A stretch of 64,000 bases of DNA, from assembly GCA_043228905.1 (NCBI GenBank), contig JBHGNT010000003.1, forward strand, positions 4,836,001-4,900,000, written 5' to 3'. Shown here piece by piece: positions 37,812 through 49,756 of the stretch. Every line of letters begins with the position of its first letter. Position 1 is the stretch's first letter. The DNA comes from Azolla caroliniana (lineage: Eukaryota; Plantae; Polypodiophyta). The notes beneath the pieces were generated by a model that did not search any database, had not been told where the DNA came from, and worked only from the letters and a program-made list of their open reading frames with translations. The position numbers were made by a program, and so were the translations under genes.

Positions 37812-40374
37812 ACCATATTGTGTGATGGTTATTCGACTTAATAACATTCTCTTGTTTGTTTGGAAAGTCTTCTTTTATTGTAAACTTCTGTGTGCACTTC
37901 CTTCACCAAATCTAAAATATTGGGTTTTGTGACTAATCTCAAGCTTGTTTGTGGATTTGAAATAAGCATACAATATGTTATTTTCTAATCAACTTGTCTC
38001 TTCTAGGCATGTGCAGGAAGCAAATATCTCTCTCTTGATAGGAGTTGTATCATTTTAACGAGATAAATTTAACAGGAGTTATAAGGCTAACGGCTTTCCA
38101 AGCTCTACCAAGGGGAGGCTAATACTCTCTGACTTACTATGTATGCACTAGTACACTTAGGTTACTCTTGTTTGTGAAGATTATTTGATGTTACTCCATG
38201 TATTGTGCTGCATAAGTGTGGCTGCCCAGAAGACCTGTGATTACATTTGGTTGTCATTAAAAGCAATTCTTAATGTTTCACATGTCTGTGTCCGTTCTTA
38301 ATTTATTATGGAAACAACACGAATTTCTCTGGTTTAATCATGATGTACTCATTTTCTCACTCATCACGATATCGAGGTAACGAGCCTATGAGTTTATGGA
38401 AGAAATACGGAAGCAACGTACTATCATCAAGTTGAAGTTTCGATCGAGTCCTTGGCTTTTTATATATGGATACACGATGAGATCATTCTATGGTTTCTTG
38501 TTTGCAATAATCTCCTGTAAATAATCTTCCTTGAAATCTATCCCACAAAAGAAGAACTCTTCACATAAAACCTTCAATCCAATACAGTGTCTGTGACTTG
38601 AGCTTGCTTTTTGCATCCCTGATGTTAATTTAACATGCAGCAATCAGAGAGGGAGCTAATTGAACATTACCCTTCTTGTTCCTGTATCAAAATTTTGAGA
38701 TCACCCTTTCTAAAGAAGCCAGACAATACCATCCACAACTCTACCTTCCCTGTTTGACAAAAGGGTGTAATTTGTGCCACAAACTCGTTAGGGAAGCTTT
38801 GAGACCCAAGTGTAAACATTCAAACCATTATTTAGATGACATTAAAATCATATTTATGTTCTTGGATGAATCCAGATGGTTGACTAATACATCTTGCATT
38901 CGCTGAGTGAATAGTCCCTGTGAGACAGAACAGGATGGATAGTCACTTGATCTATACTTTAGACATGACTGAATTCCAATTATTTTAGAGAAGAGGGCAC
39001 AAAGTACTTGGTAGAATTGGGGAAGATGGAATATGAATCATTGGTTTCTGCTATTACTGTCCGGAGAAGTAATTTTGGTCTCTTCCCATCCTTGAACCAT
39101 GGCTACATATATAGAGTTCCTCTCCCATTCCTTGTGTGTAGGCCTCTTTAAATGTCTTTAAATCAACAATGAGAGGTTCAAATTAATTTCTGGATAAGCA
39201 AAGGAATAGGACATAAGTGAACAAGATAATTAGGGCATCTATATGCAGAAACAGCAAAAACTTACCCAATAATAATTCTCTTTTCTCCAGAATCTTCATT
39301 ATTGGAAACATACTATACTTTAGTGCAATGATCGAGAATTGAAATATGATCCAAACAATACTTCCCCATCGTAAAGACACTCTGCTCAGTAATTTAGTAA
39401 AATGGGTACAGAATCCCACTAATTTATGAGAAAGTTATTAAAGCATTAGTGCAATAGATGCAACTTAGATCAATACGACTATATAAAGAAAGACATAAGT
39501 TTTAGGTGGGATACCTACCAAAAAGCTACCTAAAACACTGTGAACTCCCAACTCAAACCTCATCTACACTTGCGCCCACCCACCTAAAGTCATACATTAT
39601 GGCTTGAAACCCCATATTGACATGAACCAAATCTACATTCAAAAATCATATCCTCACCAAATTTGTTGTTCCATTTTCAAACCTGAAGAATATCTTATTT
39701 AAAACCTCATTTATCTTGTGCAAAGTACAGCATATAACTTAACCAAACCTACCCTACCTTCTTTAAGCCGGCATAATCCATGGCTAAACCTATTTGTGAA
39801 TTCATCGCAAATCCATCTAAACCAAATACAACTATGAAAGGACACACATTCTATCAAGCGTACGAGAACTACTCAAAATATGAAAATTTGATCGGGACTC
39901 AAATACGAAAGCATTAGAGAGAAACAAAAGGACAATTAAATAAAGAAATAAATTACATCAAAAGCTTTGTGCCATATATCACCAGTTTTGACGATAACTA
40001 AGTATACGTTCCAATTGAGACTGGGGGCTCTCTTCTTTCTTCAGATCACAAATCTCTATTCAGAAAATGGGTACTCTTCACGTTCTGCTCTGTTTCTTCT
40101 TCTTTACTCTGTATCCTCCCTTATATTTTCTTCTTATCTCGTTTTCTCCTCCAATTTCTTTGGCCAATGAGAAAACATGCCAGGTCATTCCTAATATTTT
40201 TATTGGTCATTTAATGGTTAGAATGTATTCAATGTTCTGATTTAAATAAATGATATTCTTTGCGTGACTCAATAGTTTTATCGAGAAGAAAGATAATATC
40301 AAAAGTCTCTAAGAGGCCAAAATGGCCTATGTGACCCAACAACGATGTTTCAGCTTGTAGAACAAACTAAGAAA

Positions 40375-41185
40375 TGGACAATTCATTTTCTCCTTCACGT
40401 ATCTTACAATCATTTGCTTGAGGGAATGATCTTTTGTGGCCTGAGATGAGATCAGACTTCTGTCTCTGAAGATAATCAAAAGAGGCCAGTCCAACAGACG
40501 TCTGAAAGAGAAATATAAAGAGAGAAAGAAAGATACATGTCCACTCTGAAAACAAATATCACATTCTCTGTCACGCAGGTGACAATTATTTGCCTGAGGG
40601 AATGATCTTTTGTGGCCTCAAATGAGATGAGACTTCTGTCACTGACAATCTTCAATAGAGGCCATTCCAACAGATGTCTGAAAGAAAGATACATGTCCAA
40701 TCTAAAAACAAAAATCACATTCTCTATCACGCATCTGACAATTATTTGCATGAGGGAATGATCTTTTGTGGCCTCAAATGAGATGTGACTTCTGTCACTG
40801 ACAATCTTCAACAGAGGCCATTCCAACAGATGTCTGAAAGAAAGATACATGTCCAATCTAAAAACAAAAATCACATTCTCTATCACGCATCTGACAATTA
40901 TTTGCATGAGGGAATGATCTTTTGTGGCCTCAAATGAGATGTGACTTCTGTCACTGACAATCTTCAACAGAGGCCATTCCAACAGATGTCTGAAAGAAAG
41001 ATACATGTCCAATCTGATAACAAAAATCAAATTCTATATCACGCACCTGACAATTATTTGCCTGAGGGAATGATCTTTAGTGGAATCAAATGAGATGAGA
41101 CTTCTGTTACTGACAATCTTCAACAGAGGCCACTCCAACAGATGTCTGAAAGAAAGATACAACTCCAATCTGAAAATAAAAAACA
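40375..41185. repeat. 156-bp tandem satellite, ~5 copies
   Basis: gagggaatgatcttt recurs at 40420, 40596, 40752, 40908 and 41064 (first interval 176 bp, then 156 bp). Confidence 0.95.
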
Positions 41186-43559
41186 CGTTTAAATCCACGG
41201 AATGTTCTATAGTACCAAATGTTCTTACACTATTTAGACTCATGATGATAAAGAAAAAGGGAGAAAGTAAGAAGGAATTTGTTATGTCTTTAAAATATCT
41301 TAACAGTCATTTAAGAGGCCAAAATGGCCTATGAGACCAAACGAGAGCTTACATTGTATGTCACCTATGGGAATAACAAATCAAAACGAATAAAAATAAA
41401 TTATTAAATCAAAGAAATATACGATATATTCTTGTTAGCTCAGCACTTATGTTAACTCCTCTTCAAAGAACGGGGATTGGAATTAAATTGATCCCTCTAT
41501 TGAGTGTAACATGAACTGTGAAAACCCAAAAAGAATGAAACTCATGTTTCCTTAACTATACCCTCACAACAATTTGAAAAACTGAAGCTGACCAATAAAC
41601 AAACTCAAATCAACAGAAAAACGACAGTGCACCAAAAGACACATCTTTTGTACAAGAAAAGGAATGCCACAATAAACCAAATGTTGAAATATTAACTTGC
41701 ATTCGAAAGAAAGGTACATTAATGTCATTTAAAGAGGCCAAAATGGCAGAGAGTGAGAGCTTACTGATTGTTATAACTATGTTGTATACCATACGCAAAG
41801 ATTCAATTGTGTTGACATCCTCACTCACAAGTTGTGAATAACACACACCGTTTACCAAGGAAGTTTGGCTAAAAGATACCAAAATGCTGTTAGAATCACA
41901 AAAGATAAGAAAAGTTCTAAATTGGAATGATCAAATTTATCTACCTGTAAGAGATTAGATATATTTAGCTAAATAAATCAACTATACATTGTTAATACCG
42001 TTTGTTCAGAAAAATTAGCCAAGGACAACTTACACATGTAAGAAGTGTATATAAATCATTAAAGATCTAGACATATTATACAGAAACTGAGGACAGGCAT
42101 TCTTGCAGCAAAAATTCTGGGAACATAGTCGTGCTGCCGAACACATTCACTCTGAACGGTCACAAAAAATCTAAAACTTCGTGTATTGAGAAACAAATAG
42201 CCATAACACTCAGTCTCTTTAACAAACAAAAGAAATACATCAAATAATATGTTTATTTTTATAGAACAAAACCTCTAGTTTGTACTGGCAATATAAAAGA
42301 CTAACGCCAAACAAAGAGGAAAAGGACGGAAAAAGATAAAAGATTAGAAACAAATCTTGCAGATACATACATATAAACTTGTTGAATCCTTTATTATATT
42401 AGTGCTATATGATGTATTTAGAGATGTAAAAGCCACAAAGCCTACAATGACCAAATAGATGAATGTCCTACTTGGAGCACGCAGATGGACAGCAAAACAC
42501 TAATCGGAGGAAGTGTAGCACAGGAACTGATGTGCAGCTTCTACTAACGGAGTTCCCTCAGATGGTTGTAATCTTCGTCCATTAAGATGACCAAACGACT
42601 TATGAAGACTGCTATGGCTACAATAGGTGGTTCGATTTTGAATAACCAGGGATCACTTCCAGGTGAGACAATATCTGCCTTTAGAAGAAGCTTAATCCCA
42701 ATCTGCCACTATTCATTCCCGCCTTTTGAATAATCCCCAAGGAACCTGCATAATCCCCAAGAGTCGGATACGCTGCTGCATCCTTGCAAACACTATTCAT
42801 TCGAGCCATACGATGACTGCAACCCCCTACTGTAACTATCCATGGCCAACAAAAAGGAATTTTATAGAACTAGTATTTCGACTGAAGGAAGAGTTTATCG
42901 GTTCTTCAGCAAGACATGCTAGGTTTCTTGAATTAGAAATTTCAGAACCTGAAATTGAGATTTTACTATTTCCGAGTTTTTAAGTTTCTTAGTGCAGTTA
43001 CAAATGTTCGAAGCATTGTGATTTCATCATTTGAATTAGTTAATTAGTGCAAAGTTGTTTCGTTAATTAAGAGTTAGATTTGTAAATATGGATTTCGTCA
43101 AGATTGCACTAGGTGGCTACAAATGATTGACACCCATTGGCTCCTATTGTCATTGAGAATGTCATAAATATTGGTCTAAATCCCTTGAATGATCTTGATG
43201 AGAAAGGAATTCACAAAGTGGAGCATTCAACAAATACTTTTCAAGAATTCAGATTATTTGTATCATTTCAGTACCTTCTAAACTTTACAAACTTTCCCAA
43301 TATTCCTTGAGATTATTTCTTTGCATTTCTTATATGATTGATGATGATCCACTTGTTTGCATAAGAATTCAAACATTTCCTACATCCACACTTAAATTGC
43401 TCCTCAAGGAAATCTCAAAGTGCAATATGGTATCGTATTGCAATGACACTTGTTGTGGAACTGCATCCATACCAAGCACATTCATTCCGTACACATTCTT
43501 TTTTTGTTTACGGGCCTCTCGTGAAAAATAAAAGTGAAGAGCATGTAGTTTTTCAAACC

Positions 43560-43729
43560 GACTACCTAATGTAGATACCTATGCCTAAAAGCCTTCATCG
43601 AAGTAGTCTCATTTTCTTGATCTTGATTTGAGGGAGATTCCCCGTTTTGTGTATAAGATTCCTTGTATAGTCTCCTTGTAATAATCCTTCCTAACTAATG
43701 GGAAAGTAGCTTTATTTTGGAAAAAAAAG
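43560..43729 (+). mobile_element. short LINE 3'-tail remnant
   Basis: Ends aactaatgggaaagtagctttattttggaaaaaaaag, similar to the actaatggaag...ttttggaaaaaaaa tails of the LINEs at ~20865-20907 and (reverse) ~21170-21215. Left boundary approximate. Confidence 0.5.
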
Positions 43730-44644
43730 TAAAGAGCATGTTTTGAACTCCACACAACTCATTTGTGAGGGTGTTTTGCAAGGCGTTTTGGGAAGCCTAG
43801 ACTAGGGAGATATCATCTGGATTAAGGAAGTGAGGAGAAAAAGGACCTCACTAATTGCAATCGCTTCTTAAAAATAAATTAAAAAACTTGTTGGGTTCAT
43901 TCATGTGTGTGTATCACCATTAGCATCATCCTTCTACCCCTCTATCTCTATTTATGAAACAAATAGAGGCCCAACACTTGCCAATGCACACTTCACGATA
44001 ACGGACTTGGTCATCTATATCAACTATTTCCGTGAAAACCTACTATCCATTAATGCTTCAGTACAAAAAGGAAACATGTGTATAACAAAAATGCAAACAC
44101 TATAAAAATTCCATTGTTTGTGTATTTATGATCAAGGATGGTGTATGTATACTATAGCCACTAGGAGAAGACTTTCATGATAAAAAGGCACATAATATTG
44201 TTTGTGTATTGAGATGACAGAACTTCTTTAATTCACTTATTTACATGTGTGTTATTGGGCCTCATTCTACAAATATGAAACAAATCTTTTTCCGTTGTTC
44301 ATTTTTATCCTCTACTTACATACACGAACCTGTTTATAGATGGCCAACATCTTATCCATGTTTCCTTTGATTCCAATCAAAAGTCATGGAAAGGAAAAGT
44401 TAACAGCGGCACTGCACAGTAAAAGTCGAGAGACATGCCCCGAACTTTTGACTTTATGATGCGAACATGAGACGAAGACGATACACATAAAATCAATGAA
44501 AACCGTCTTGTCTCATTGATAATGAAATTATTTTGAGGTTCTGAGATTCAATTGCGTTTTGCATCGAACACGCTAACAAAGAGATGAAATAGTAAACAGT
44601 GAAGGCATCTAGAGTTTGGATTCTTTTTCTGCGTCACATTTCTT

Positions 44645-44849
44645 TTTTTCTTCTGTTCAACTTCAAATCACCATCACCGTCTTAAGGTGTCTTGTGATCT
44701 GCTTAAGCTCGCCAAGATTGAGAACCATCAAAGACATATCATATCTTTCATATGGACATGAGGAGGTAGAACTAACAAGAACAGAGATGACCATCCTCAC
44801 GGCTGCCGCCAATCTCACCTGCCGAACTGTCCATCTCCTCCTGCTTAAG
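44645..44849 (+). pseudogene. TRN1-like Roco exon-1 fragment, truncated against a copia integrase
   Basis: gtgatctgcttaagctc and gatgaccatcctcacggctgccgccaatctcacc.gccgaactgtccatctc (MTILTAAANLTCRTVHLLL) match 34020-34250. Confidence 0.85.
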
Positions 44850-47452
44850 TTCTAGAGGTCTACTTGGCGACATATTTATTATGTGTACTGTCGTAAGTAG
44901 AGCCTGCGCCCAGAAGCCATTCGATAGTACAGAGTGTTGGAGCATGGATACTATGCGTTCTTGAATCGTTCGATTCATGCGTCCAGCAATGCCGTTCTGC
45001 TCCGGACTATAGGGTGCCATATATTCACGTCGAATGCCGCGTTCCCGGAAAAATTTGACGAATTCGTCAGGCTTGAATTCTCCTTCATTATCGATTTGGA
45101 GACATTTTAGTTTCCAACCGGTCTGGTTTTCAACCATTGCAAGCCATTCGAAGAAGATCAAGGACACCCGATCTTTGGTTCTAATGGGGTAAGCCCACAC
45201 CTTCCGAGTCGAGTCGTCAATAAAATTGACGAAGTACGAAGCGCCGCAGAGAGAATTATGTGGCATCGGGCCACAGATGTTCGAGTGGACCAAATCAAGG
45301 GGACTCGATTCTTTTGGTGCTGATGTCGGGTGTGATGCGGCTACCTGTTTGCCATACTGGCAATGCTCATAGAATTGGTGATCTGAGAAGGAGAGCTTGG
45401 GGATGTAACCGTCTCTGGATAGGTGCGTTATGTCGACCTTGCTAAGGTGTCCAAGTCGTCCGTGCCATAACGATGACACGGGGATATCAACCAAAAATAA
45501 GTCACCCTCTTTGAGTGTGACATATAAAGGGTATAAAGAGTGTACCTTTGGTCCTCGAGCAAGAAGGACGTTTTGTTTGTGGAGTGTCCACCCTCCTAAT
45601 GAGAACCTGGCACGAATGTCGGCTTTGTCAAGTTGTCCGACTGAGATCAAGGGTCTTGAAAGCTCAAGAATGTGTCGGATGTTGTGTAGTACGAGTGTAG
45701 AGCCACCCGGAAGGTTGAGCTCTACGATGCCGATTCCGATTATGGGACAGTGTTGCGAGTTCCCGACTCGAATTGAGTCGGAGTGCCGATCCGAGTATTG
45801 CCAAAACTGAGATCGGTGAGGTGTCACATGATACGATGCGCCTGAGTCTAGGAGCCATGTGCTCGATTCCTTAGTCGTAAGCAGAACTTCTGATTCGACT
45901 GGGTTCTCTATGGACAATATGTTCGGGTTGGTCATCAAAATTTTGGTTGAAGAGCCGACGTAGTTGACCTCCTCATGGCGGCTACTCTTCTGATCCGCTC
46001 TCTGAGCTTTGTCGATTTTGCTTTGAGTGCCTGACAGTCAGCTTTGATGTGTCCCGGTTTCTTGCAGTAGTTGCAGATTCGGTTGTCCCAAGACTTGCTC
46101 CGGTTTTGCTGATTGTTCGGCAGGCGGGAAAAATTTCTTCCCTAGTTGTTCGATTGGTCAGTCGACCTTGTACTACGTAACCTTCATCTGCCGAGTCTTT
46201 GGCAAAAGACTTTCTCCGAGCTACTTCAGTCAAGATTGTGTTCGTGATTTCGGAGTACTTAATGGCAGTTGTTGAAGCATTGCACACAGTTGTGACGAAA
46301 GTTTCCCAAGAAGAGGGGAGACTACTCATGAGTATCATTGCTCTGAGTTCATCCTCTATTGCCGTCCCCTAAGACGATATTTGGGAGCTTAGGCTTTCGT
46401 ACTCGTTGAGGTGTGCCTGAACCGAATCGGATTATTTCATCCGCAAGTTGTAGAGGCACCGAATCAGATACATCTTCGTTGCGACAACCTTCTTTTCATA
46501 AGTTTCCGACAATGTTTTCCAAAGTTCAAAAGCTGTCGAGCATGAGATAGTCCTGCATTTGTTCCTTCCAGAAGTTGAAGTTCGAACCGTCGAACCTCCT
46601 TAGACTCACCTCCGATGAGCTGGATGTTGATGCCATCTGATTCGGTTTCGGTTGGTTGGTAAGACACTGTTCCGAGTTGACTAGGAACCTTAGTGGGGTA
46701 CAGCCGGTTGGCTCACTCGATATCATTCTAGTCGGTCTTGAACCTGAGTCGGTTTGGTTTTGGATACTTGTTTGTTGAACCTTCTTGGAGTGACTCCGGT
46801 TAGCTTCCGATTGTATGCCGAATACCGATCACAAGAAACCGATTGTTTAGGTCGATTCTACTTCGGATGACTACAACGATGAGAGGGACGGATCCAACTG
46901 ATCCTCCCGAATGTCAATCAACCGAATGAAGCACGAATTTGGTTGTTGCCTGGAGACCAATCTCAAGTGGTTACAATCACAGGAACAGAGTACAACGGGT
47001 TCGCTTACTCCAATTAGTATTTAACATAGTGAGATGCAAACTTCTTCTTTGTCTTCTTTCTTCTCTGTTCTTCAAGGAAAAACAGAAACATAATGTTGTG
47101 TGGTGTACTATGACGGCCGCCAACAGGTTGAAGAACCTCCAATGCTCTGATACCAAATGTTGGGACAAGGTCGTCAGTGCGGAAGAGCAAACAACATCTA
47201 TGATGTTGAGGGACCTCTGTATGAAGAGGAACAAGATACACAGATAGATAGATAGAGAGATAGGCACAAAGAAACGTTTTATTTCTTAATAGCAACAATT
47301 ACAAATGACCACCTTTACTAAAGGTTACAAAGTCACTATATATAGTGACTATCCTAGGGCAACTGCCCTTTACGCTATTTACAGAAATAGCCCAAACTTG
47401 GGCTATCTAAAGGGACATTGTGAATACGGCCATTATACACTCGTATTCGACA
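44850..47452 (-). mobile_element. truncated Ty1/copia element (5' LTR 47158-47452, PBS, gag-PR-IN; RT/RH and 3' LTR lost)
   Basis: PBS TGGTATCAGAGC at 47144-47155; FDGSNFNFWKEQM gag; WLLDSGASYH protease; LWHGRLGH, DNEGEF, PEQNG integrase. Ends abruptly at SPSRPL. Confidence 0.9.
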
Positions 47453-48087
47453 TGCTATGTCGTTAGCTCCGTCGACATAGCTCCAGTAACCATGCCCAAG
47501 CAGGTACTGGTGCATCTTATATGACCAAGATGCGTAGTTGGATCTGTCGAGCTTCTCCACTGGGAGTGAGCTAGTCATTCCTCTGTCCATCACTTCTCTT
47601 TTTGTTCTTACCGGGTCTTAGGGTTTGTCTTCAGATGCTGATGCCGGCTGCAGAGGTTCTCAGCCCTCGCGCTCTAATACCATGTAATAAAACGAAGGTG
47701 CGGAAGTGTCAGACAAACTGGCTCAGCCAGATAGCAACAGACAAAGAGAGAGTGAGAAATTAACAGAGAGTATACGCGGGAGAGACAGAGAATGAGCAGA
47801 ACGTTAAAATATCTCTTACAAAACAATAATAGTTCTCTGCATATACAACGTGCTTCAACAACACTATTTATACAAGTCCTAAGAGGACTGATAGAAGTAC
47901 GGTGTACTTCAATGCTTACACGAGCGTCTGACACTAACTACGAGTCATTAACTACCTAGCAATCTAGGCTGCTACTAGGCTTCTGATTACTGCTGGATCC
48001 GGCTAACCGGCTCCCCAGCTCACCGGATGCCGATCCGACTCAGGCTATTTCAGCCGATCCAGATCTGGTTGAGCTTGCCGCTCAACA
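47453..48087 (-). mobile_element. second copia remnant (LTR 47683-48087, PBS, gag start) interrupted by the previous element
   Basis: TG...CA segment, PBS TGGTATTAGAGC (47671-47682), gag KLDRSNYASWSYKMHQYLLGHGYWSYV. Confidence 0.82.
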
Positions 48088-49230
48088 AGCAGCTAATTAG
48101 CTACTACCATAGTATAGTACATTAGCTAATTAGCTAAGTGGTAGCTAATTAACTACTACCATAGTTTAGTGCAGTAACTACTTAGCTAAGTGGTAGCTAA
48201 TTAGCTACTATCATAGTTTAGTGCAGTAGCTAATTAGCTAAGTGGTAGCTAATTAGCTACTACCATAGTTTAATACAATAGCTAGGTAGCTAATTAGCTA
48301 CTACCATAGTTTTGTACGATAGCTAATTAGTTGAGAGGTAGGTAATTAGCGACTACCATAGTTTAATATAGTAGCTAATTAGCAAAGCGGTAGCTAATTA
48401 GCTACTACCATAGTTTAGTACAGTAGCTAATTAGCTACCGCTTTGCTAATTAGTGACTACCATACTTTAGCTAATTAGCTAATTAGCTAAGTGGTAGCTA
48501 ATTAGGTACTACCATAGTTTAGTACAATAGCTAATTAGCAAAGTGGTAGCTAAATAGTTTAGTACAGTAGCTAATTAGCTAAGTGGTAGCTAATTAGCGA
48601 CTACCATACTTTAGCTGAGTAGCTAATTAGGTAAGTGGTAGCTAAATAGTTATTATCAAACTTTCGTTGAGTAGCTAATTAGGTAAGTGGTAGCTAAATA
48701 GTTATTATCAAACTTTCGTTGAGTAGCTAATTAGGTAAGTGGTAGCTAAATAGCTATTATCAAACTTTCGTTGAGTAGCTAATTAGCTAAGTGGTAGCTA
48801 AATAGCTATTATCAAACTTTAGTTGAGTAGCTAATTAGCAAAGTGGTAGCTAAATAGTTTAGTATAGTAGCTAATTAGCTAAGTGGTAGCTAAATAGCTA
48901 TTATCAAACTTTAGTTGAGTAGCTAATTAGCAAAGTGGTAGCTAAATAGTTTAGTATAGTAGCTAATTAGCTAAGTGGTAGCTAAATAGCTATTATCAAA
49001 CTTTAGTTGAGTAGCTAATTAGCTAAGTGGTAGCTAATTAGCTATTACCATAGTTTAATATAGTAGCTAATTAGCTACTACCATACTTTAGATATAGTGG
49101 CTAACTAGCTAGTACTATACTTTAGTTGAGTAGCTAATTAGCTAGTACCATACCTAAGCGAAGTAGCTAATTAGCTCAATGTCATAGTCTTAAAGAATAG
49201 CTAGTTAGCTAAGATGTAGCTAATTAGCGA
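48088..49230. repeat. array built on the palindrome TAGCTAATTAGCTA (units ~40-50 bp, with higher-order repeats)
   Basis: Many copies of tagctaattagcta(agtggtagc/ctaccatagttt); same family at 63710-64000. Confidence 0.95.
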
Positions 49231-49244
49231 CCATGTTGTTGTAG

Positions 49245-49756
49245 AATCTTGTGGATTAAGGAGGGCGCATGACCTGTTTGGTGTTGATGACGTTGCAACC
49301 GATGAGGAGATACTTGGCAACGTGGCTGAAAGTAAGAGTCCTGCTATCACATCTCCTTCAGATTAGCTCCACCCTATTCTTTTGGAAGATGGTAATGAAT
49401 TAGGCAACGATGTGTAAAGCCATGAAATATTGGAAACAACATACAAATATGAGGTTCACAACAATAGTGTTTTTGAACACTTGATGCAATATTTCTTCGA
49501 ATCCCAAAACCTTGATTCCACCCCACTAAGCCCAACTATTGATAATGTCCAAACAGATCTCATTGTACTGGAAAAGCTAGTGCAAGACGCGGCTAACCTG
49601 CAAGCCGCTGCTGAGGTGATGGAAAGGTTGTCGAAGGAGGACACACTTGCGTAATGGGTCAAAGAAGCAAGGCTAAATGGACAACAAGCTAGAAAAAGGG
49701 TGAAGAAGGGGCCACGATCGGGGACAAGACCAGTTACTCAGTTAAGGGGCTCTTGA
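49245..49756 (+). pseudogene. degenerate exon of a transposon-associated gene (unknown function)
   Basis: Acceptor-like ttgttgtag| at 49244. One frame (including ORF 49430-49654) with a few TAG/TAA stops and a basic tail ARKRVKKGPR. Confidence 0.45.

Noticed and set aside
40375-41185. CRISPR array or repeat protein (ORF 40476-41030)
   Set aside because: Whole units repeat with no unique spacers and no cas genes; the ORF follows from the period being a multiple of 3.
42360-42990. Slightly GC-richer stretch suggesting a gene fragment
   Set aside because: Frames checked contain stops and no recognisable motif.
48088-49230. CRISPR or telomeric array
   Set aside because: No unique spacers and not TTTAGGG-like.
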